Below, in pieces: positions 59,545 to 64,000 of a stretch of 64,000 nucleotides of DNA. Positions within the stretch are counted from its first letter, which is position 1; each line of letters begins with the position of its first letter. A program made the translations under genes and the position numbers. The stretch lies in the NCBI GenBank assembly GCA_025061115.1, contig JANZKC010000002.1, forward strand, positions 32,001-96,000, in the 5' to 3' direction. The notes beneath the pieces are model-generated. The model had not been told where the DNA came from. It worked only from the letters and a program-made list of their open reading frames with translations, and ran no database searches. The stretch comes from Candidatus Culexmicrobium cathedralense. GTDB lineage: Archaea; Thermoproteota; Methanomethylicia; Culexarchaeales; Culexmicrobiaceae.

Positions 59545-60155
59545 TTCCCTCTACCCACGCGAATGAGCATTAGAAGCATGCAGAAGAATCCTATTAGTTG
59601 GATGAAGTGCCCTATAAGGTACATTTGATGAATCATTACTGAGAACATGAAGGTAATGTGACTAATTAGAAGTAGCGTGAATCCTGCAAAGATTAGTAGG
59701 CTATTAAGCCCTCTATTTTCAATAAAGTTCATGGCCGATTGAGCTGCCACGTAAATTAGAAGCGTCATTTGAATAAATTCGAAGTAGGGATTCATTATTA
59801 TGGGTGGAATGACTGCGGTTGCCAGTTCTCCTTCAACTTTTGATCTGGCTCGCTCAACATATGCTAACGTGAATAAAATATAAGCTATAGTTCTCATTAA
59901 GCCGTAAATTATGCTAATGGTGAATATGAGCGCTCTAACCCTAGGATCAAAATCCTTTAAAAGCAAAGCTATGTAGCTGGACGCAATAACCCTCGTAATC
60001 ATTCCAGCTCCTAAAACCGAAAATCCAAAGTACAGGTGCATTAGGCTCTTACTTTGAGTTAATTTGTAGGCTTTCATTGCGAAGTAGGCCACTGAAAAGC
60101 TTATTAACGCGCTAATTGTCTCCATGAATAGGTCGGCTCGAAATGCTGATGGCAA
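59541..60155 (-). CDS. Polytopic (6-7 TM) membrane protein overlapping the wHTH gene
   Basis: Two internally similar halves (A..AY..T..KSL..LY.GF and A..F...R..NSL.IF.GF); ATGA overlap with the wHTH start. Confidence 0.75.
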   Translation of the reverse strand: MPSAFRADLFMETISALISFSVAYFAMKAYKLTQSKSLMHLYFGFSVLGAGMITRVIASSYIALLLKDFDPRVRALIFTISIIYGLMRTIAYILFTLAYVERARSKVEGELATAVIPPIIMNPYFEFIQMTLLIYVAAQSAMNFIENRGLNSLLIFAGFTLLLISHITFMFSVMIHQMYLIGHFIQLIGFFCMLLMLIRVGRGK

Positions 60156-60269
60156 TATTCCACCGCCAGCGCCTAGCCATCATGCTGACATAGTAATGTA
60201 CGATTCGTATAGACGATTAATGCTTCACTAATATATATAGTCTTTATCAAGTTGATTTCGGTGATTAGC

Positions 60270-60797
60270 ATGCTAAAAAGCAGATATGTAAAATTTGGAT
60301 TGGCTGCACTTATAGTTCTAGCAGTTTTTGCAGTACTAGCATTTCAGTCGACAGCAACTGCCCAGGAAGTTCAGGATTGCAAGCGCGCAGGATGGAAAGC
60401 TCGAGGCATTGCAATAATCAGGAATGAAAACGAAACCATTAAGCGTAGAATTATGCTGGGAATAGCCTTTAAAGCTCATGCAACGAATAGGACTATTAGG
60501 CTTCACGCCATCAAAGGCGCCATTAAGATTGGAGACGTCAAATACAATATCACTGAGGCAGCGGGAGTTATTGGACGTATTCACCACGTTGGAGAGTACT
60601 ACGCTGGATTGATGATGGTTAAAGGAACAGCCGTCAGCCAGTCTGGTGAGAAGTTTACATTTAGGCTATTTGGAAGAGTAATCTACGTGGATGGGAAGAA
60701 GCTGGCTTTCACTGCGATTACTGGCTCCATTTGGGGCGAACCAGGGAAGTGCTTTTTGGTCCTAGAAGGACTGATTAAGCTAGTCAACGCTAAGTGA
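60270..60797 (+). CDS. Secreted beta-rich hypothetical protein
   Basis: Signal peptide ending ATA|Q; GGTGA before ATG 60270. Confidence 0.75.
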   Translation: MLKSRYVKFGLAALIVLAVFAVLAFQSTATAQEVQDCKRAGWKARGIAIIRNENETIKRRIMLGIAFKAHATNRTIRLHAIKGAIKIGDVKYNITEAAGVIGRIHHVGEYYAGLMMVKGTAVSQSGEKFTFRLFGRVIYVDGKKLAFTAITGSIWGEPGKCFLVLEGLIKLVNAK

Positions 60798-60804
60798 CTT
60801 AGCT

Positions 60805-61128
60805 CTAATACTCAATTTTTTTAAGTTCGAGCAGCCATTTCAATGGGATGTCCTGCCACCGGCCATCAGGGCTTCTTCTCCTAATAGTTATGGGAAGAAT
60901 GCCCATTTCCAACTCCATTTCAGCTATTGTTAGGGGATCTTCAATGTCCTCCGGAATGTCTATTAAAACTGGAGCGCCCATAGATATTTGAAGCGCTCTA
61001 GCCCCAATAATTCTAGCTCGCTCATACCTCGTTAGCTTGGGCGGTCCAATCAATATCTTCATTTCTAATTCGGATTCACCTCTTTCAGTAATGCTTTTTT
61101 GAGCTGATGAGCTTTCATCTGACTTCAT
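60805..61128 (-). CDS. rpoK: DNA-directed RNA polymerase subunit K (Rpo6)
   Basis: [22 protein letters not shown]...IA..E......PITIRR. Confidence 0.97.
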   Translation of the reverse strand: MKSDESSSAQKSITERGESELEMKILIGPPKLTRYERARIIGARALQISMGAPVLIDIPEDIEDPLTIAEMELEMGILPITIRRRSPDGRWQDIPLKWLLELKKIEY

Positions 61129-61283
61129 ACAAATTCCTCCAACCTATTAATCCACCCATATGAGAGTAATTGACACAGGACGCCCGCACATATACCAGTA
61201 AATCTAGGCTTTGAATTAATTTGATACAAATATATAATATTTTGCTTTAACCTAATTAACTGTTAAGTGGCGGTGAATTAAAG

Positions 61284-61481
61284 TTGAATGAGCGGAGCGA
61301 GCTTTACCCCTTCAAGTGGTCTTTAATACTTTTATCCTCAATTTCACTCCTCCTTCTCTTCCTGAGACTTTTTGATAAGCAGTTTTTCCAACTTGACTTT
61401 GAACTTTTTCTTTTCCACATTCCAGCAATCCTATCGGTGATCGTATACGTCTACCTATTCATCAGAAGTAGGTTTAGCTAA
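61284..61481 (+). CDS. Small membrane protein
   Basis: GGTGA before TTG; two hydrophobic helices. Confidence 0.5.
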   Translation: MNERSELYPFKWSLILLSSISLLLLFLRLFDKQFFQLDFELFLFHIPAILSVIVYVYLFIRSRFS

Positions 61482-61486
61482 TAATG

Positions 61487-62638
61487 CTAATAATAATCGC
61501 CTAACAAATGCATATTTCCAATGCTCACATTTTCCAATCCAGCACGCTTAGCTGCCTTTAAGCACTCCAACGCGTGTTTTTTGCTTGTTGGAGGCAGATC
61601 CCTCATCATGTATGCACCGTAAAATGCGAGCAGCGTATATGGAATTTCAGGGCATATATCTGCTAGAAATCCAGCGATATTTTCAACTTCCTCTGCATCC
61701 ACATAGCCGGGCACGAGCAAAGTGCTTGCAATTAGAAGTGGAGGATTCCTCCTTTCATTAATTCTCTTTCCAAGCATTTTGAAGTTTTCATACACCGGCT
61801 TGTTCGTCACTCCGCACAGAGCAATGTAAATGTTCTCATTCCAAGCTTTCAAGTCGAACTTAACGTTTCCACCGCTTATCAATGAAAGTTCAAATGCTTT
61901 TTCAGCCAACTTCGGATTCATTAAACCATTGGTTTCCCAGCAAATTCTCATTATTCCATTCCAATTCCTTGACTTCTCAATGGCTAGCTCACTTACCTTT
62001 AATGCGTGCAGCATTTGAGGCGATGGATCTCCCCCGAAAAAGCATATGCATGAAACTTTTCTATTCACTTTCTCAACCAGATCATCAGCACTCACCAGAG
62101 GCGATAGCCTTAAAGTGAGCTCCCTATAGTGCCAGTTTTGGCAAAAAAGGCAGTCCAAGCTGCATGCTCCATAAAACACCGCCAAATTGTAATATCCATA
62201 CTCCGGGCCGGGACTATACGAGTATTTTGGATAACCAGTGCCAGTGCATCCAGGACACACCCAAGCTCCAACGCAATTTGTAGGTATTGGATCATAATAC
62301 CATTCAAGCAGCCCTTTACTTGGAGTACCTGCCAATCGCACCAATCGCCCATTTTCATTTTTCACCAAGCCACAAAACCCATAAGAATTTGGAGGTATAA
62401 TGCAGTTGTTTGCACAGGTTCCACACTTGATTCCCGGACCTTCAGGAGGCTTGCTTGGAAGCCCATACTGCCTTTTGCTCTTTTCATGCGATTTCAATGC
62501 TACTGGTAATGCTTCATCCGGCCTGTTAACTAGGCAGTCCTTGCACACGCCTATAGCGCTTGAAATCAACTTAGACTTCTTACCGCAAATTAAACACGTC
62601 TTATCTCGAGATGTTAACGAATTTATTATCCAGCGCAA
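61487..62638 (-). CDS. Radical SAM protein (PflA / AmmeMemoRadiSam-like) with N-terminal Cys clusters
   Basis: CSLDCLFCQNW (CxxxCxxC), FFGGDP, WETNG, KFDLKA, STLLVPGY. Confidence 0.9.
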   Translation of the reverse strand: MRWIINSLTSRDKTCLICGKKSKLISSAIGVCKDCLVNRPDEALPVALKSHEKSKRQYGLPSKPPEGPGIKCGTCANNCIIPPNSYGFCGLVKNENGRLVRLAGTPSKGLLEWYYDPIPTNCVGAWVCPGCTGTGYPKYSYSPGPEYGYYNLAVFYGACSLDCLFCQNWHYRELTLRLSPLVSADDLVEKVNRKVSCICFFGGDPSPQMLHALKVSELAIEKSRNWNGIMRICWETNGLMNPKLAEKAFELSLISGGNVKFDLKAWNENIYIALCGVTNKPVYENFKMLGKRINERRNPPLLIASTLLVPGYVDAEEVENIAGFLADICPEIPYTLLAFYGAYMMRDLPPTSKKHALECLKAAKRAGLENVSIGNMHLLGDYY

Positions 62639-62647
62639 TTTAGCACC

Positions 62648-63160
62648 TCAAGCCTCCCTAGCCATTACGTAGGCATCTTCCCCATCTAGGTAGTATCCTG
62701 AGATTCTCTTCGCAATCCTGTAATTCAGTTTTTTGTACAAGTTTATTGCAGGGACATTGCTTACTCTAACTTCCAAGTAATATTCTGAAGCACCATACTC
62801 CTTCATAGCTTCCATGGCCTTTTTCATTAAAGCTTCCCCTATGCCTTTACGCCTATATTCCGGCAGCACGGCTATAGATATCACGTGCCCCTTCCTAGCT
62901 AGCCCAAATCTAAGATTTGAAAGTCCAAATTCGACCCTGCACATGATGTATCCAACTACTTCGCCATCAACTTCAGCTACTAGAAAAGCCTTTGGATACT
63001 CATAGTGGTGATGCATGAAAAATGCTGGAGAATAATTCTCAGGTAGGCACATCTTATTTATCCAAACCACCCTTTCAAGATCTAGTGGCTTGAACTCTCT
63101 TATAGCAAAATTGAATTCCGATTTCTTTTTCACAACATGCTCTTCCACGGTTTCTCCCAA
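62648..63160 (-). CDS. ard1: N-alpha-acetyltransferase Ard1 (RimI family)
   Basis: LPENY, VGYIMCR.E, GHVISIAV...YRRKGIG, LEVRVSN..AI.LY, YY.DGEDA. Confidence 0.95.
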   Translation of the reverse strand: MGETVEEHVVKKKSEFNFAIREFKPLDLERVVWINKMCLPENYSPAFFMHHHYEYPKAFLVAEVDGEVVGYIMCRVEFGLSNLRFGLARKGHVISIAVLPEYRRKGIGEALMKKAMEAMKEYGASEYYLEVRVSNVPAINLYKKLNYRIAKRISGYYLDGEDAYVMAREA

Positions 63161-63241
63161 CCTTTTCCATGCCCTTTAGCGATTATGAAAGAGAAATATT
63201 TTTAGCTTTAGCTTATAAGGTCTCTTGGAGTTGAAACTAGC

Positions 63242-64000
63242 TTGAGCGGGGAGCTTCAGCATTTAGACTTCATGGAAGTTGATCCCATAGTTAGAAGATT
63301 CTTTCCAATATTAGATTCATACGTTGAATTCGGCATTCCAACATTCATCCTAGCGCCAGATGCTGAAACGAAAAAACCTTTCCTGAAACTTTATTGGGCC
63401 TTGAGAGAGAAAAATTACATTCCAGTTTTAAGGAGAGTTAATGGCACATTAATGATTAAGGTTGTGCCTTACACTCCGAGGAAGAGGAGGAGCTACATAA
63501 TCTTCATAATATTACTTATAGCAACTCTAGGCACGCTAATCTATAGTGGTTGGAGCCAAGTTTCAAGCAGTGCATTCGACATTGTAGATCCCAGAAGAAA
63601 CATAGTTTTAAACGTCTTCCTCTATGTTGCCTGCTTCATGATCATTGCTGGCCTGCATGAAATGGGCCACAAAATTGCATGTGAATTTCATGGAGTTAAA
63701 TCCAGCCCTCCCTACTTCATACCTGGACCTATGGAAACTGGCGGCACTTTAGGAGCAGTAATAATTCAAGAATCCCCAGTGGTCAATCGAGATCAACTAT
63801 TTGACATTGGCATCAGCGGCCCAATATTAGGCTTCATCGCTGCAATATTTGTCTCCATTCTCGGCTTAAGACTATCATACCCAACTAGATACGCCATAGG
63901 CATTCCAATACCAAGTCCACTAATATTCGACTACTTGGTATCATTAGTTGTAAATCTTCCTCCGGGCTACATCCTCCTACTCCACCCAGTTGCCTTCGCA
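63242..64000 (+). CDS. Site-2 protease (M50) family membrane metalloprotease; 3' end runs off the window
   Basis: Hand translation: HEMGH, PYFIP, GTLGAVI, LFDIGISGP, LHPVAFA. Confidence 0.9.
   Translation, partial: MSGELQHLDFMEVDPIVRRFFPILDSYVEFGIPTFILAPDAETKKPFLKLYWALREKNYIPVLRRVNGTLMIKVVPYTPRKRRSYIIFIILLIATLGTLIYSGWSQVSSSAFDIVDPRRNIVLNVFLYVACFMIIAGLHEMGHKIACEFHGVKSSPPYFIPGPMETGGTLGAVIIQESPVVNRDQLFDIGISGPILGFIAAIFVSILGLRLSYPTRYAIGIPIPSPLIFDYLVSLVVNLPPGYILLLHPVAFA

Noticed and set aside
1446-63005. Many 60-190 aa ORFs antisense to or nested in real genes
   Set aside because: Shadow ORFs of well-supported genes, with no recognisable motifs.
1-64000. CRISPR arrays, tRNA/rRNA genes, provirus
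   Set aside because: No regularly spaced repeats, cloverleafs, rRNA-like tracts, integrase or capsid genes seen by eye. Split or intron-rich tRNAs could have been missed.

Overview
64 kb of an anaerobic, probably thermophilic, archaeal chromosome of TACK/Thermoproteota type. Evidence for the lineage: Rpo6, eS31, Ard1, NreA, a crenarchaeal-type pyruvoyl arginine decarboxylase and GGAGG/GGTGA ribosome-binding sites. It is gene-dense housekeeping and metabolic DNA: hypD, metG, mtd back-to-back with fhs-folD, glnA-lrp, larA, tusA-iscS-iscU opposite sufS, feoA-feoA-feoB-dtxR, two Lhr helicases and several decayed genes. I saw no tRNA, rRNA or CRISPR array. Main finding: hypD looks frameshifted but is interrupted inside its CGTHE motif by a 26-nt insertion (2688-2713) that folds into a canonical bulge-helix-bulge (BHB) motif. 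Cutting it by the archaeal tRNA-splicing-endonuclease rule restores a full-length 366-aa HypD, so it is a candidate protein-coding pre-mRNA intron outside cbf5. Other candidates: a possible hybrid F420/folate C1 module (Mtd, Fhs and a FolD with an eroded NADP site), a HerA-like ATPase fused to about 14 tandem Cys/His zinc-binding repeats, and an IscS-like protein with a rebuilt substrate pocket. All family assignments are by eye from remembered motifs; no database search was run.
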